A stretch of 64,000 bases of DNA from a candidate division WOR-3 bacterium (GTDB lineage: Bacteria; Hydrothermota; 32-111). Shown piece after piece: positions 10,030-20,871 of the stretch. The position numbers and the translations under genes were made by a program. Position 1 is the first letter of the stretch. Every line of letters starts with the position of its first letter. The stretch lies in NCBI GenBank assembly GCA_039804205.1, contig JBDRZY010000003.1, positions 23,857 through 87,856 of the forward strand. Reading direction: 5' to 3'. Under the pieces are notes generated by a model. The model ran no database searches. It was given only the letters and a program-made list of their open reading frames with translations, and had not been told where the DNA came from.

Positions 10030-10560
10030 ATGAAAAAAGAACAACCAGTAATCTTTTTAGATGGTAAAAAGGTCATACTCTCTCCAATTGAAGATGATGA
10101 CCTTTTTACCATTCAAAAAATTCTGAACGATCCTGATGTAAGAAAGAACCTTGCTGAAAGATTCCCACGAAACAGGATCATGTTAAAGGAGTTAATTTCT
10201 TTAAATAAAGAAAAAAAGGGAATTTTTTTAAAAATTGTTGAAAAAGAAAATTTTGAAACTGTTGGATTGATAAGTTTATCCGATTTTAATTGGCCAAACA
10301 GGAGAGCGATGCTTGCGATAGCTATTGGTAAAAATTTTCAGAATAAAGGATATGGAACCGAGTCGACAAAACTACTTGTTGATTACGGTTTTAAAAATCT
10401 ACAACTACATAAAATCTGTCTTGAGGTTTATGATTTTAATAAAAACGCTATAAAAATGTATAAAAAATTGGGTTTTAAACGGGAAGGAATTTTTAAAAAA
10501 CATTCGTTCAAAGATGGGAAATACGTTGATCTAATATTTATGTCCCTTTTAAATGAGTAG
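10030..10560 (+). CDS. GNAT family N-acetyltransferase (RimJ/RimL-like)
   Basis: ORF track. It has the GNAT core QNKGYGTESTKLLVDYGF...ICLEVYDFNKNAIKMYKKLGFKREG. Its ATG lies 1 nt after the TGA of the giant gene, indicating translational coupling. Confidence 0.7.
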   Translation: MKKEQPVIFLDGKKVILSPIEDDDLFTIQKILNDPDVRKNLAERFPRNRIMLKELISLNKEKKGIFLKIVEKENFETVGLISLSDFNWPNRRAMLAIAIGKNFQNKGYGTESTKLLVDYGFKNLQLHKICLEVYDFNKNAIKMYKKLGFKREGIFKKHSFKDGKYVDLIFMSLLNE

Positions 10561-11095
10561 AAAAAAATTTTTTTTATTTATCTTTTTTATTTTAACGAAT
10601 TTGATTTATGGAGATCCGATCGTTTTCTATCCTGGATCAGAAGAGAAGAGTGAACCTTTTGACAATATTTTCATTTTTAATTCGTCAGGTTTATGTTCTC
10701 TTGTAATAAAAGATCTAACAGGTTTTTACGATTTTGGAAAAGATGTTCTGATAAATTCAAAACCATTTTTAAAGGTTGACGTATCAGACAGAAATTACAT
10801 TGTTCTTGATACTTTTTTCTATTTATCAACCAAAAAATCTTTTGCGTGGTATCTTGAAAGTTATGAGAATGGTGTTTTGGAAAGGAGTAATATCCTTTTT
10901 TTCAACACTGGTGATGTTAATATACCATGTACATCAAATCAGAGTAAAGATGATTATCTTTCTATAATTTTTAAAATTTTTGGTATTGCAGGTTTTCATC
11001 CGACCGGAAGAGTATGGGTGAATGGAATAGAAATGGATATAAAAGATTTAAATTTTTATGATATTAAAAGTATAAGATGGAAAACAAAAAGATAA
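10553..11095 (+). CDS. hypothetical secreted protein (signal peptide)
   Basis: ORF track. The N-terminus is hydrophobic (FFLFIFFILTNLIYG). No family recognised. Overlaps the GNAT gene by 8 nt. Confidence 0.5.
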   Translation: MSRKKFFLFIFFILTNLIYGDPIVFYPGSEEKSEPFDNIFIFNSSGLCSLVIKDLTGFYDFGKDVLINSKPFLKVDVSDRNYIVLDTFFYLSTKKSFAWYLESYENGVLERSNILFFNTGDVNIPCTSNQSKDDYLSIIFKIFGIAGFHPTGRVWVNGIEMDIKDLNFYDIKSIRWKTKR

Positions 11096-11721
11096 TAATT
11101 CCCTTGATTTTAACACTATCGACTTTTTTTGTATTTTCAAAGGAAATAGGGGTTGTTAAAAATTCAAAAGGTTTTGTTTTCCAGAATGTGGGTGAGGAAA
11201 AAGAACCGTTAAAGAAAGGGGATATAATAAAAGATAGTTTCAACGTATCACTTGATAGATTTTCGTTGTTGGATGTTGTTTTGATTGACGGAAAAAGTGA
11301 AATGTCTGTTGTTGGAAATAGTGAATTTTCAACAAACATTTTTGAAATTTCTGATCAAACCGTTTTCAGATTAAATCTTAACTATGGAAACTTTTTCATT
11401 AAAACTTTTCAAAAAAATTTTCAGTTAAAAATTTTTGATACATTTATTTTTTTAGATAGTTCATATTTTTTCGTTGATTTAACGGATTCATTGGCGGAAA
11501 TTTTTATCATTTATTGTAAAAATTTCGAAGTTGAAAATGAGTACGGTAAACTAAGTGGGTCGAAAAATGAACAGATAATTTTAAGAAAGGGAGAAAACCC
11601 ATATAAACTTGAATCAGAAAAGAAAATTTCTAAACCAAAAATCTATAATGGTGAAAATATTATAGAAATAGAGTTGGAAAACTACAAAAATGATACGATT
11701 TATGTTCATATTGAAAACTAA
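11077..11721 (+). CDS. secreted FecR-domain-like protein
   Basis: ORF track. Signal peptide present. The segment VVLIDGKSEMSVVGNSEF...QTVFRLNLNYGNFFIKT fits the FecR-domain pattern (L.DGS...L...S......R.V.L..G.a.F.V). Confidence 0.4.
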   Translation: MENKKIIIPLILTLSTFFVFSKEIGVVKNSKGFVFQNVGEEKEPLKKGDIIKDSFNVSLDRFSLLDVVLIDGKSEMSVVGNSEFSTNIFEISDQTVFRLNLNYGNFFIKTFQKNFQLKIFDTFIFLDSSYFFVDLTDSLAEIFIIYCKNFEVENEYGKLSGSKNEQIILRKGENPYKLESEKKISKPKIYNGENIIEIELENYKNDTIYVHIEN

Positions 11722-13720
11722 GAAAATTTTTATCGTGGTTATTTTTGTTTTGTTATGCTTAAAAATTTTCTCTGGATTTATGGTGGATTACTCAAAAATA
11801 GATGAACTTTACAAAGGGGAAAACTTTACGATTTTTTTAATTTTTAAAGAGGATCCGTATAAGATTAGAGAAACATACATAGTTCTTTCAGATTTTAATA
11901 TTGAAAAAAAGTTTAAAATGAATTTTGAGGGTAACAGAGCTTTTATTTCAATACCTTATGATTCGTTACCACAAAAAGATTTCTATTACTATTTTGAAAT
12001 TTTAACAAAAGATAACAGAGTAGAATATCTACCGGAGATAATTCAGGAAAGGATGAAAAATATAGTTAGATTTATTAAAGAAAAAGAATTAAAAAAGGAA
12101 ATCATTTTATTGTTACCTGAAAATGAAGGAAAAATTGATCCTGATAATTTTGTATTTTCAGTTTATATTCCTGAAGGAACAAAAGATGTCAAAATAATAA
12201 TGGATGGAGAGGATATAACAAAAAAATGTTTAACAGGGGAAAAAATATTAACCTATGCACCAGAAAAACTTTTAAAACCGTCAAAATACAGAATAGATGT
12301 TGTAAATGAAGGGAAACTTGTCAAAACTTATCATTTTAACATTTCGAATAAAGATTTTTTTGAGAATCTTTTTAATGGAGAAATATCGTATAACTGCAGG
12401 TACGAAACAAACAATCTGGAAAACTTTTTCAACTCATATTCTGCTTATCTCTATGGTAACGTTGGTAATTTTTTATACAGTTTTAACATACACAATAATG
12501 TGTATTCAGGAGAAAATTTTTGGGACAAAAATAAAATAAACATTCTTCTAAATTTCAAAAAAGTTAATCTGAACTTGTTGGATCTTTATTATTATGATAG
12601 TTTTTCAAATTATGGTTTGATACCTTTAAAAGGATTTTACTTTTCCTATCAAGATTCTTTAACCCGTCTCTCAAATATTACAGCAAAAATAACGGATACT
12701 GAGAAAATTTTTTACATTATGACTTTTGATAAAAAATTGAAATTCTTTGGCTTGGGATTTGAAAACATGGTGTTGAAGGACTCCCTATTTCATATAAACT
12801 TCAAATTAAACAACGATTTATACCTCAACAGAAAGGTAAAACTATTCTACAACATCTCATCCCCATTCGTTTTATTGGAAAAAGATTTTTCAAATGGTAT
12901 GAGGGATTTGAGCAAATTTTCTTATAAAATCGGAAGCGAAATAGATTTAAAAAAATATCATGCTCTAATGTATATGATGAAAATTTCACACTACGATCAC
13001 ACTTTTTCTTATCATGATTACAATAAAATCTTTTTTAAAAATCAAATATTCGTAACAGAAGATCTTATTTTGACAGGAGATCTTGTTGTTAAAAATGATG
13101 AACAGGATAAAATTTTATTTTATAACTCAATCCGTAATGATCTCTTTACAAATTTGAACATTATCTATTCAAATAAAAATCTTCCATCTCTGTTTTTTTC
13201 TATCTCAAATAATATCTTCTCAAATAGAAATTTTGAAAACGATAAAGATTTTGTCTTCAAAACGACGACTGGAACATACTACGATACAAAATTAAAAGAG
13301 TTTGATCTTTTAGGAAAATTTTTTATAAATCAAACAAATTATAAATTTTCTGAAGAAGAAAAAAATCTTTCGACAGAGTATAATTTTTTATTTTCTTCAA
13401 CTTACAAAAGTATTTTTAGAACATCCATGAGTTTGAAAACATTGATAACTGATGAAAAGATAGAGAGGATAATTGATGAAAGATATGGTCTATATATTGG
13501 ATATGTAGATTCTGAAAACAGATTCTCGATGGGATTATTCACACAAATCTTTTTGAAACAAGATTCTGGTGTTTTAAAGAGAATGTTTTTATCTTTTTCC
13601 CCGGATCTGAAGTTGAAATTTAGATTTATAAATCTGAACTTTTATCCGTGTTTATGTCTAAATTTGTTGAGTCATAGTTATTATACATCTTTATCGTTAA
13701 ATTCTTCAACGACATTTTGA
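11690..13720 (+). CDS. hypothetical large exported protein, possible outer-membrane beta-barrel (676 aa)
   Basis: ORF track. N-terminal signal/anchor (IFIVVIFVLLCLKIFSG). Aromatic-rich with alternating hydrophobic residues and a C-terminal Phe (..SSTTF). No family recognised. Confidence 0.45.
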   Translation: MIRFMFILKTKKIFIVVIFVLLCLKIFSGFMVDYSKIDELYKGENFTIFLIFKEDPYKIRETYIVLSDFNIEKKFKMNFEGNRAFISIPYDSLPQKDFYYYFEILTKDNRVEYLPEIIQERMKNIVRFIKEKELKKEIILLLPENEGKIDPDNFVFSVYIPEGTKDVKIIMDGEDITKKCLTGEKILTYAPEKLLKPSKYRIDVVNEGKLVKTYHFNISNKDFFENLFNGEISYNCRYETNNLENFFNSYSAYLYGNVGNFLYSFNIHNNVYSGENFWDKNKINILLNFKKVNLNLLDLYYYDSFSNYGLIPLKGFYFSYQDSLTRLSNITAKITDTEKIFYIMTFDKKLKFFGLGFENMVLKDSLFHINFKLNNDLYLNRKVKLFYNISSPFVLLEKDFSNGMRDLSKFSYKIGSEIDLKKYHALMYMMKISHYDHTFSYHDYNKIFFKNQIFVTEDLILTGDLVVKNDEQDKILFYNSIRNDLFTNLNIIYSNKNLPSLFFSISNNIFSNRNFENDKDFVFKTTTGTYYDTKLKEFDLLGKFFINQTNYKFSEEEKNLSTEYNFLFSSTYKSIFRTSMSLKTLITDEKIERIIDERYGLYIGYVDSENRFSMGLFTQIFLKQDSGVLKRMFLSFSPDLKLKFRFINLNFYPCLCLNLLSHSYYTSLSLNSSTTF

Positions 13721-13725
13721 ATATA

Positions 13726-13753
13726 TTGACTTGAAAAAAAATTATGTTAAGAT
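13726..13753 (+). promoter_or_regulatory. possible promoter of the MCP gene (TTGACT-16-TAAGAT)
   Basis: TTGACT at 13726-13731 and TAAGAT at 13748-13753. The -10 is weak and no clear RBS precedes ATG 13766. Confidence 0.25.
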
Positions 13754-13765
13754 AAACTATAAAAT

Positions 13766-15493
13766 ATGAAAAAGTTGTTAAATGTGTTTACCCTTTCAAC
13801 AAATCTCCCAGCCCTGCTTATAGGTGTTCCATTGCTTGTTATAATGGTTCCCCAGTCGGTTGAATTTACTCAAATCCAAAGGAATATTATTCTGTACCTT
13901 GGTGGGATATTAGGATTGATACTTGCGATAGAATATGAGATTGTCCAGAGGATAAGGTACAGGTTAACAATAAATAACGAAGATATTGAAAAAAAAGAAT
14001 TGAAAGAATACATATTCATGATCAATTCTCCATTTGCCTCGTCAATTCATATGTTTTTACATTTTTTTTCAGGTTCGCTGATAGTCGCTATCATCCTTTT
14101 CTTTACTGATTCACCCATAAAATCAATAATCATTGGTTTTATGGATGGATTTCTTATAGCAATTTTTATGGGTCTTGTGAATATGCAGCTTTCGATACTT
14201 GTTTTTTCAAAAAAATTATCGGAGTATAAACTTTCGCCCGATGATTTTGACAGGATAAAAAAATATTTAAAAAGAATTCCAATAGGATTGAGATTTTTTA
14301 TAACCGTTAATTTTCTTCTGATATTCATAATTTTTATCAGTTTCGTGATCAAACATAATATAATACTTTACGCTATCCTTTTGGTTTTGAGTTTTCTTCT
14401 ATCCTGGATTTTTTTGATGTCGATAGTTCATCCGATAACAAATGTAAGAGAATCGATCAAAAAATTGTTTTCCGAAGAGGGTGAAGTTGGAGAAAACATT
14501 TCAATTTATGTGAACGATGAAATCGGTGATCTCGTATCTGAGTTGAACAAGAGTTTAAAAAGATATGAAAAGTTTATTCAAACATTACTGAATATTGCTG
14601 ATGAACTTACAACAATAACAACCCAACTTGCAGCTACAGGAGAAGAGATAACAGCATCCTCCCAGGAAATTTCCTCAACTGTACAGGAGATCGCACATGA
14701 TATGGAAGAGCAATCCAATAATACAAAAATAGCAAAAAATGATGCGTTAAAAATAAAAACTCTGTCTGAAAGTGTTTCATCAAAGATAAATATGGCGCAA
14801 ACAGCCTCAAAAAAGGCAAATGATGCAACAACGCTTGGTCTCGATAAAGTTGATAAAACGATGACGAATTTTGATTTTATAGTTTTAAATGTCAATAAAG
14901 CACTTGAAAAAATAGAGTTTTTACAAAACCGTTCGGAACAGATCAACGAAATAGTGGAGATCATTACAAAAATTTCAGAACAAACGGATCTACTCGCTTT
15001 AAATGCGGCTATTGAAGCAGCAAGAGTTGGAGAATACGGAAAAGGTTTCGCAGTTGTAGCTGAAGAGATAAGGGAACTTGCCGAACAGTCCGCGAATTCG
15101 ACGGAAAGGATATCACGTCTTATAGATGAAATAAAAGATGATATTAAAAGTACTGCCGAACTGATAAAAAATCAGCACAACAATGTTTCAGAAGGGAAAA
15201 AATTGATGGATGATACAAAGAATGAATTTCAACAGATTTCAAAGGCAATAACTCTCACTGTCAATATGATCAAAGAGATATACTATTCTTCAGAAGAGCA
15301 GATGGAACTTATAAACAAATATATAGAAAAAATTTCAAATATAGCAGAACTTTCAGAGAAGACATCAGCGAACACTGAGGAGATAGCAGCATCGATTGAA
15401 CAACAAACAGCATCTATGGAAGAGATCCTTTCGAATGTTCAAGAAGTTGATAACAAAGCATCCTTCTTAAAAAGTTTTAGAAAGAAAAAATAA
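13766..15493 (+). CDS. methyl-accepting chemotaxis protein with polytopic N-terminal membrane domain
   Basis: ORF track. Several predicted TM helices lie in the first ~230 aa. A HAMP-like segment follows, then the conserved MCP signalling core ([36 protein letters not shown]). Confidence 0.8.
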   Translation: MKKLLNVFTLSTNLPALLIGVPLLVIMVPQSVEFTQIQRNIILYLGGILGLILAIEYEIVQRIRYRLTINNEDIEKKELKEYIFMINSPFASSIHMFLHFFSGSLIVAIILFFTDSPIKSIIIGFMDGFLIAIFMGLVNMQLSILVFSKKLSEYKLSPDDFDRIKKYLKRIPIGLRFFITVNFLLIFIIFISFVIKHNIILYAILLVLSFLLSWIFLMSIVHPITNVRESIKKLFSEEGEVGENISIYVNDEIGDLVSELNKSLKRYEKFIQTLLNIADELTTITTQLAATGEEITASSQEISSTVQEIAHDMEEQSNNTKIAKNDALKIKTLSESVSSKINMAQTASKKANDATTLGLDKVDKTMTNFDFIVLNVNKALEKIEFLQNRSEQINEIVEIITKISEQTDLLALNAAIEAARVGEYGKGFAVVAEEIRELAEQSANSTERISRLIDEIKDDIKSTAELIKNQHNNVSEGKKLMDDTKNEFQQISKAITLTVNMIKEIYYSSEEQMELINKYIEKISNIAELSEKTSANTEEIAASIEQQTASMEEILSNVQEVDNKASFLKSFRKKK

Positions 15494-15496
15494 ACC

Positions 15497-15524
15497 TTGA
15501 CTTTCTTTAAAAAAGATTTATAAT
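15497..15524 (+). promoter_or_regulatory. sigma-70 consensus promoter upstream of rho (TTGACT-16-TATAAT)
   Basis: TTGACT at 15497-15502, 16-nt spacer, TATAAT at 15519-15524. ATG of rho is at 15558. Confidence 0.45.
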
Positions 15525-15557
15525 TATTGTTCATTTAATCCCTAAAAAGAAGAGTTT

Positions 15558-16805
15558 ATGAAAATTGATGATTTAAAAAATAAAACTTTTAACGAATTGA
15601 TAGACCTTGCCAAAAGTTTTGAAATTGAAAATGTAAGTACCCTAAAAAAACAGGAACTCATTTTCAAAATACTTGAAAAACAATCAGAACTTAATGGCAA
15701 CATCTATGGAGAAGGAGTCCTTGAAATTTCCTCAGAGGGGTTTGGTTTTTTAAGACAACCGGAATATTCATATACTCCCGGTCCGATGGATATTTATGTT
15801 TCCCCATCGCAGATAAAAAAATTTGGACTTGAAACGGGTGACACAATCTATGGACAGATAAGACCTCCTAAGGATAACGAAAAGTATTTTGCTCTTTTGA
15901 AAATCGAAACAATAAATTATGTTCCCTATGAAGAATCAAGAAAGAGAATACTTTTTGATAATTTAACACCGCTTTATCCAGATGAAAAAATAAATCTTGA
16001 AACAAAAAGCAACGATCTTTCTTTAAGAATAATAAATTTACTGACTCCGATTGGAAAAGGACAAAGATCTTTGATAGTGTCACCACCAAGAGCTGGTAAA
16101 ACAATAATCTTACAAAAGATAGCCAACGCAATATCTGAAAACCATCCTGAAATAAAACTTATAGTTTTACTTATTGACGAAAGACCTGAAGAAGTTACTG
16201 ATATGGAAAGATCTGTGAAGGGAGAAGTTATCTCTTCTACATTCGATGAACCAGCAGATAGACATGTTCAGGTTGCACAGATAGTTATCGAAAGAGCTAA
16301 AAGATTGGTTGAGCAGAAATATGATGTTGTTATCCTTCTTGATTCTATAACAAGACTTGCACGAGCATACAACGTAGTAACCCCACATAGTGGAAGAACG
16401 TTGTCAGGGGGAGTTGATTCGAACGCTCTACATAAACCTAAAAGATTTTTTGGTGCTGCCAGAAATATTGAAAATGGAGGAAGTTTAACCATAATAGCAA
16501 CAGCGTTGATAGAGACAGGATCAAGGATGGATGAGGTAATTTTTGAAGAGTTTAAAGGTACAGGAAATATGGAACTTGTTCTCGATAGGAAACTTGCCGA
16601 TAGAAGAATTTTCCCTGCTATAGATGTAAATAAATCGGGAACAAGAAAAGAAAACCTTCTTCTGACAGAATTTGAACTTTCAAGGGTTTGGGTTTTAAGA
16701 AAACTCTTAAGCGAAATGAACCCGGTTGAAGCAATGGAATTTTTAATAAACAGAATGTCAGCAACTAAAAACAATCAGGAATTTTTGAAAGTGATGACCG
16801 AATAG
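15558..16805 (+). CDS. rho: transcription termination factor Rho
   Basis: ORF track, 415 aa. N-terminal RNA-binding domain. Walker A ([14 protein letters not shown]), [11 protein letters not shown] and the C-terminal RecA-like fold motifs are all present. Confidence 0.9.
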   Translation: MKIDDLKNKTFNELIDLAKSFEIENVSTLKKQELIFKILEKQSELNGNIYGEGVLEISSEGFGFLRQPEYSYTPGPMDIYVSPSQIKKFGLETGDTIYGQIRPPKDNEKYFALLKIETINYVPYEESRKRILFDNLTPLYPDEKINLETKSNDLSLRIINLLTPIGKGQRSLIVSPPRAGKTIILQKIANAISENHPEIKLIVLLIDERPEEVTDMERSVKGEVISSTFDEPADRHVQVAQIVIERAKRLVEQKYDVVILLDSITRLARAYNVVTPHSGRTLSGGVDSNALHKPKRFFGAARNIENGGSLTIIATALIETGSRMDEVIFEEFKGTGNMELVLDRKLADRRIFPAIDVNKSGTRKENLLLTEFELSRVWVLRKLLSEMNPVEAMEFLINRMSATKNNQEFLKVMTE

Positions 16806-16813
16806 GAGGAACA

Positions 16814-17029
16814 ATGAAAAAAGGGATACATCCAGAATATGTTGATGCAACGATACAATGCGCTTGTGGAAACCAGATAAAAACAAGAGCAACAAAAAAA
16901 TTGATAAAGGTTGAAATATGTTCAAAATGTCACCCATTCTTTACTGGAAAGCAGAAATTTGTTGATACAGCGGGAAGGGTTGATAAATATATGAAAAAAT
17001 TTGGAAAAAGCGATAAGAAAGAAAAATAG
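16814..17029 (+). CDS. rpmE: 50S ribosomal protein L31 (zinc-ribbon type)
   Basis: ORF track, 71 aa: MKKGIHPEY...CACGN...[21 protein letters not shown] lies 6 nt upstream. Confidence 0.85.
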   Translation: MKKGIHPEYVDATIQCACGNQIKTRATKKLIKVEICSKCHPFFTGKQKFVDTAGRVDKYMKKFGKSDKKEK

Positions 17030-19588
17030 TTATATTTCTATTTGGTATAATATTTTTATCTCTTCATCGTTATAGAATATTTTACCATTATCTTCAATAA
17101 AGATTTCATTTATATCAACATTTGTTTCTATAACCTGGTCTTTATTTTTCTTTAAAGGATAGTATATACCATAATATTTAATTTTAAAATTTTCAACTAA
17201 AAAACTTCTTTTAAAATCAAAAAGATTTTTTAAATAATTCCCATTTTGTGAAAAATTTTCCTGAATTTTTGTTTCTATATAATTTGAATTGAGTATCGTT
17301 GAAAATAGTGTAAAATGATCGATTAATATTATTGACGATGATGGATCTTTACCACCGGAAAGTATTTTCGCTTCATTTATTGTTACGCCGTATATATCGA
17401 TATCTCCAAAAGCGTTTATTGAAATGTTAACATCTCGATTAACTATACCACTTGCTATTCCAACGCCCACTCTGAACAACGATTTGAACTCAGGAGGAAG
17501 AAGTGCATACTCTATACCTTCATGGATCAATTTTTTTTCGTGAACATCGAAAAACCACTCTCTATAGTTTATGTAATTATCTTTGATGAACTGTTCAGCG
17601 TTTTCTACAAGTTTAAGTGAACATTTTAATGATTCTATTGATGAGGTCGAGGATTCTTTGATTATAAGATCTGAACCCGTTGCTATAGAATGTCTTATCA
17701 GAACATTTTTTGATGAAACGGACTCTTTGAAAAGAGTTCTATAAATTTCTTTTGAGTTTGAACAAAATATTGCGATACCTCCGTCACCGGTTTCTTTTAA
17801 AGGTAATCCAAAATTGTTTTTTATAGTATTATTTATGATATGTTGAAATTTCTTCATAATAAATTTTTGTTTTTCAGCATTGTTCAATTTTGAACTCATA
17901 TAACTTGATCCTCTAATATCATAAACAAGCACACTAACTAGTTTTGAATAATTCTTTTTTATAATGTTTTTTAGCTGTTCAACATCTGTATCTAAAAATC
18001 TTTGAGAAACCCCTTTCTCTGTATTTGAAATGAAAATAACCCTGTTAAAAGGTAAAAGGTTTACAGAGAGATTAAAGTTTAGAAGTTCTTGTTTGCTCTC
18101 CTGGTTTGTCAATTCTATGTTGAAAATTGTAAATGAATCGAAGAGAATCGAAACAATAAATTTGTCGATCAAATTTTCAACGATTTGTAAAAATTTTGAC
18201 TTTAAAAGTTCAAAATTAAATTTCTTTTGAAATTTCGATTCAACAAACAGATCCGAAATAAAATTTATCTCTTTTTGAACAATGCTGTTCTTTTTTTCAC
18301 TATACTCTTTTTTTAATTCTTCAAAAGAATTTTTTACAACTTTTATAATCTGTGGTTTAAATTTTTCAAAAAAGTTTTCAAAATCTTTTGAGTAATCAAA
18401 ATATATTAAAATTGAGAGAATAATATCATTTTTATCAAGTGTACCCTCATTTTTTAATATCTCGATATACTGGTCAAATGTCAGGTTTCTAAGATTTTCA
18501 TTTTTTACCATCTTCTTTTGAAAATTGTTCCATCTTTCTGTCAATTTATTCGCCTGCAATATATTTCCCATTACACTTCTGTTGAAGTCAATTATAAAAC
18601 TATTGATCTTGTTTGTAACCGTTGGATTTACAGGATATTTTATAGAGTCGATGGTTTCCTTTTTTATGTTCGAAGAAAAATTTTCTAAAGCGTCAACCAT
18701 ATCGTTTTTTATCTGTTCAAGTTGTTTTTCAAGGTCATCCTTTTCTTTGAGTAAAAATTCTCTCGTTTGTTTGGATTTTTTGATTATCGATTTTATCACT
18801 ATATCTTTTAATTCATCTCTTAAAAAAGGTAGATAGATGATATTGTCTGGTTTCATTATATCGTCTATTGACCATATAGTCCTGTTTTCATAATATTCAA
18901 TTATTTCCAATTCTTTTTCAAGGCTGGCTGCCGTATTGAACATTTTTAAAAGGTTGATAAATGTGTTCAATGAAAATCCATGTTCGTTAAAGAAACTTTC
19001 CCTTTCGATTTCAAGATCTTTGTTAATAATAGAGTTTCTTGTAAACTTTAAATTATCGAAGATCTTTGTTTGAAACTCTCTGTTAAAAATGTTTGTGGAA
19101 TAAAGTTCGTTTCTTACATCTTTTAAAATCTCTCTTATTCCATTAAGTTTTTCTTCAAAAAGAGTTTCATTGTGATCAAGATTTTCTTTGTGGGTATAAA
19201 ATACGCTGAAAAAAATTTTTAGCACTACGAGTTCAAACAAAAGGGAAGAATTCTGGTTTGTTTCAATAACATTTTTATAAAATTTTTTTATTTGTTGAGA
19301 AACCTCATTTTTATCGAGGGAGTTTAATATGTATAGTTTGAAAAGTGACTGTAACATTTCAAATTGATCAAAAGGAATCAATATAAAAATTTTACCATTC
19401 GATGAGTTGTCTAAAAAAATTTGTATCTGTGAAAGGTTAATGTTTCGATTTTTTAGGAGTATTAAGAGCCTCTGAATATTTTCTTGATACTGTTGTTTCT
19501 GACTAAAATTTTCATCAATATTTGATACAAATTTTGATTGGTTGAAAGTGATTAAAAACAGGTCTTTATATTCTACTTTTAAACCCAT
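17030..19588 (-). CDS. large protein with C-terminal class III nucleotidyl cyclase homology domain (divergent) and ~480-aa N-terminal domain of unknown function
   Basis: ORF track, 852 aa. The C-terminal part aligns to the adenylate/guanylate cyclase pattern: VLVYDIRGSSYMS (metal Asp), KETGDGGIAIF (second Asp), RVGVGIASGIV and YGVTINEAKIL. The last of these corresponds to GdtVNlAsRl, with Lys replacing the transition-state Arg, and there is a ~50-aa insertion. Its ATG overlaps the pyrC stop (TAATG). Confidence 0.5.
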   Translation of the reverse strand: MGLKVEYKDLFLITFNQSKFVSNIDENFSQKQQYQENIQRLLILLKNRNINLSQIQIFLDNSSNGKIFILIPFDQFEMLQSLFKLYILNSLDKNEVSQQIKKFYKNVIETNQNSSLLFELVVLKIFFSVFYTHKENLDHNETLFEEKLNGIREILKDVRNELYSTNIFNREFQTKIFDNLKFTRNSIINKDLEIERESFFNEHGFSLNTFINLLKMFNTAASLEKELEIIEYYENRTIWSIDDIMKPDNIIYLPFLRDELKDIVIKSIIKKSKQTREFLLKEKDDLEKQLEQIKNDMVDALENFSSNIKKETIDSIKYPVNPTVTNKINSFIIDFNRSVMGNILQANKLTERWNNFQKKMVKNENLRNLTFDQYIEILKNEGTLDKNDIILSILIYFDYSKDFENFFEKFKPQIIKVVKNSFEELKKEYSEKKNSIVQKEINFISDLFVESKFQKKFNFELLKSKFLQIVENLIDKFIVSILFDSFTIFNIELTNQESKQELLNFNLSVNLLPFNRVIFISNTEKGVSQRFLDTDVEQLKNIIKKNYSKLVSVLVYDIRGSSYMSSKLNNAEKQKFIMKKFQHIINNTIKNNFGLPLKETGDGGIAIFCSNSKEIYRTLFKESVSSKNVLIRHSIATGSDLIIKESSTSSIESLKCSLKLVENAEQFIKDNYINYREWFFDVHEKKLIHEGIEYALLPPEFKSLFRVGVGIASGIVNRDVNISINAFGDIDIYGVTINEAKILSGGKDPSSSIILIDHFTLFSTILNSNYIETKIQENFSQNGNYLKNLFDFKRSFLVENFKIKYYGIYYPLKKNKDQVIETNVDINEIFIEDNGKIFYNDEEIKILYQIEI

Positions 19589-20871
19589 TACTCTTTTCTC
19601 CGAAATACTATTTTACCTTTCAGTATTGTCATCTCTATGCTTCCAAACAATTTTTTATTAAAAAAAGGAGTGTTTATTGATTTTGACTTGATAAAGCTCC
19701 TGTCAACGGTAATCTCTTTATCTAAATCGACCACAGTAAGGTTTGCCACATTGCCTGTTTTGATATACCTTTCATCGATGTTTAGAATCTTTGCTGGATT
19801 GTATGCTAAAAGTTTTACGATTGTTTTTAAATCAGTTTTGTTTTTTAAAACAAGGTTTGTATATAAAGATGGGAATGATGTTTCAAATCCGATTATTCCA
19901 AAAGGTGCATAGATAAATTCGACCTCCTTTTCGTATACCTGATGGGGAGCATGATCTGTTGCTATTGCATCTATGGACCCATCGTTTATTCCTTTTATCA
20001 GATATTCAACATCGGTTTTTGATTTTAAGGATGGTTTTACTTTAAAATTTGTATCATACATGAAATGAACACTTTCATCAAAAATCAGATGGTGAGGGGT
20101 AACCTCACAGGTTATTTTTTTATTTTTCTTTTTAAAATCCTTGATAAGAGACAATGTATCCTTTGTTGATATATGTGCGATGTGAAGACCGGTTTTTAAA
20201 TATGTTGCAATTTTTAGATTTCTGTAAACCGCTATATCCTCTTCAATGTATGGGATTCCTGAAAGACCTGTTTTGATTGATACATCGGATTCGTTTATCT
20301 GTCCACCTTCAGTAAGATTTTTATCTTCACAATGTACTGAAACAAAAGTATCAAATCTTGAAATGTATCTTAATGCGTTAAAAAACACCCTCGAATTTTT
20401 GGTTCCTGTTCCATCGTCGGAAAAACCTTTAGCACCCGATTTTAACATATCATACATTTCTGTTATTTCTATTGATTCCATATTTTTTGTTAAAGCTCCA
20501 AGTGGATAGATTTCTATTCTTCCGAACTCCTGCTCTCTTTTTTTAATATATGTAATCGATTGGGGATTATCTATAGGGGGTTTTGTGTTTGGCATAATTA
20601 CTATTGAAGTATAACCACCACTCAAAGCTGATTCGCAACCCGTGAATATATCTTCCTTGAATTCTTCGCCGGGTTCTCTCAAATGTGAGTGTAGATCTAC
20701 GAAAGATGGAAAGAGATATTTACCTTTCAAATCTATACCTTCCTGTTTACCCCCATTTTCAATAGAAGTTATAATTCCATTTTTTATCACAACAGTTTTA
20801 TTTTTTTCTATTTTATCGTAATTTACTATATTGCAATTTTTTAAAACAAGATTATTCATTCTTTCCTCCAT
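19588..20871 (-). CDS. pyrC: dihydroorotase
   Basis: ORF track, 427 aa. DLHSHLREPG (HxH metal site) and ATDHAPH are present. Lies downstream of pyrB. Confidence 0.85.
   Translation of the reverse strand: MEERMNNLVLKNCNIVNYDKIEKNKTVVIKNGIITSIENGGKQEGIDLKGKYLFPSFVDLHSHLREPGEEFKEDIFTGCESALSGGYTSIVIMPNTKPPIDNPQSITYIKKREQEFGRIEIYPLGALTKNMESIEITEMYDMLKSGAKGFSDDGTGTKNSRVFFNALRYISRFDTFVSVHCEDKNLTEGGQINESDVSIKTGLSGIPYIEEDIAVYRNLKIATYLKTGLHIAHISTKDTLSLIKDFKKKNKKITCEVTPHHLIFDESVHFMYDTNFKVKPSLKSKTDVEYLIKGINDGSIDAIATDHAPHQVYEKEVEFIYAPFGIIGFETSFPSLYTNLVLKNKTDLKTIVKLLAYNPAKILNIDERYIKTGNVANLTVVDLDKEITVDRSFIKSKSINTPFFNKKLFGSIEMTILKGKIVFRRKE

Noticed and set aside
17027-17032. Abutting convergent stop codons of rpmE (TAG 17027-17029) and the cyclase gene (TAA 17030-17032) as a regulatory element.
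   Set aside because: It is only zero-spacing gene packing. No palindrome or U-tract is present, and there is nothing to call beyond the observation.
17030-19588. Pycsar-type antiphage system interpretation of the cyclase gene.
   Set aside because: No effector with a cNMP-binding, TM or TIR domain is adjacent. The gene sits in a housekeeping operon, not a defence island. Kept only as a remote possibility under the cyclase finding.
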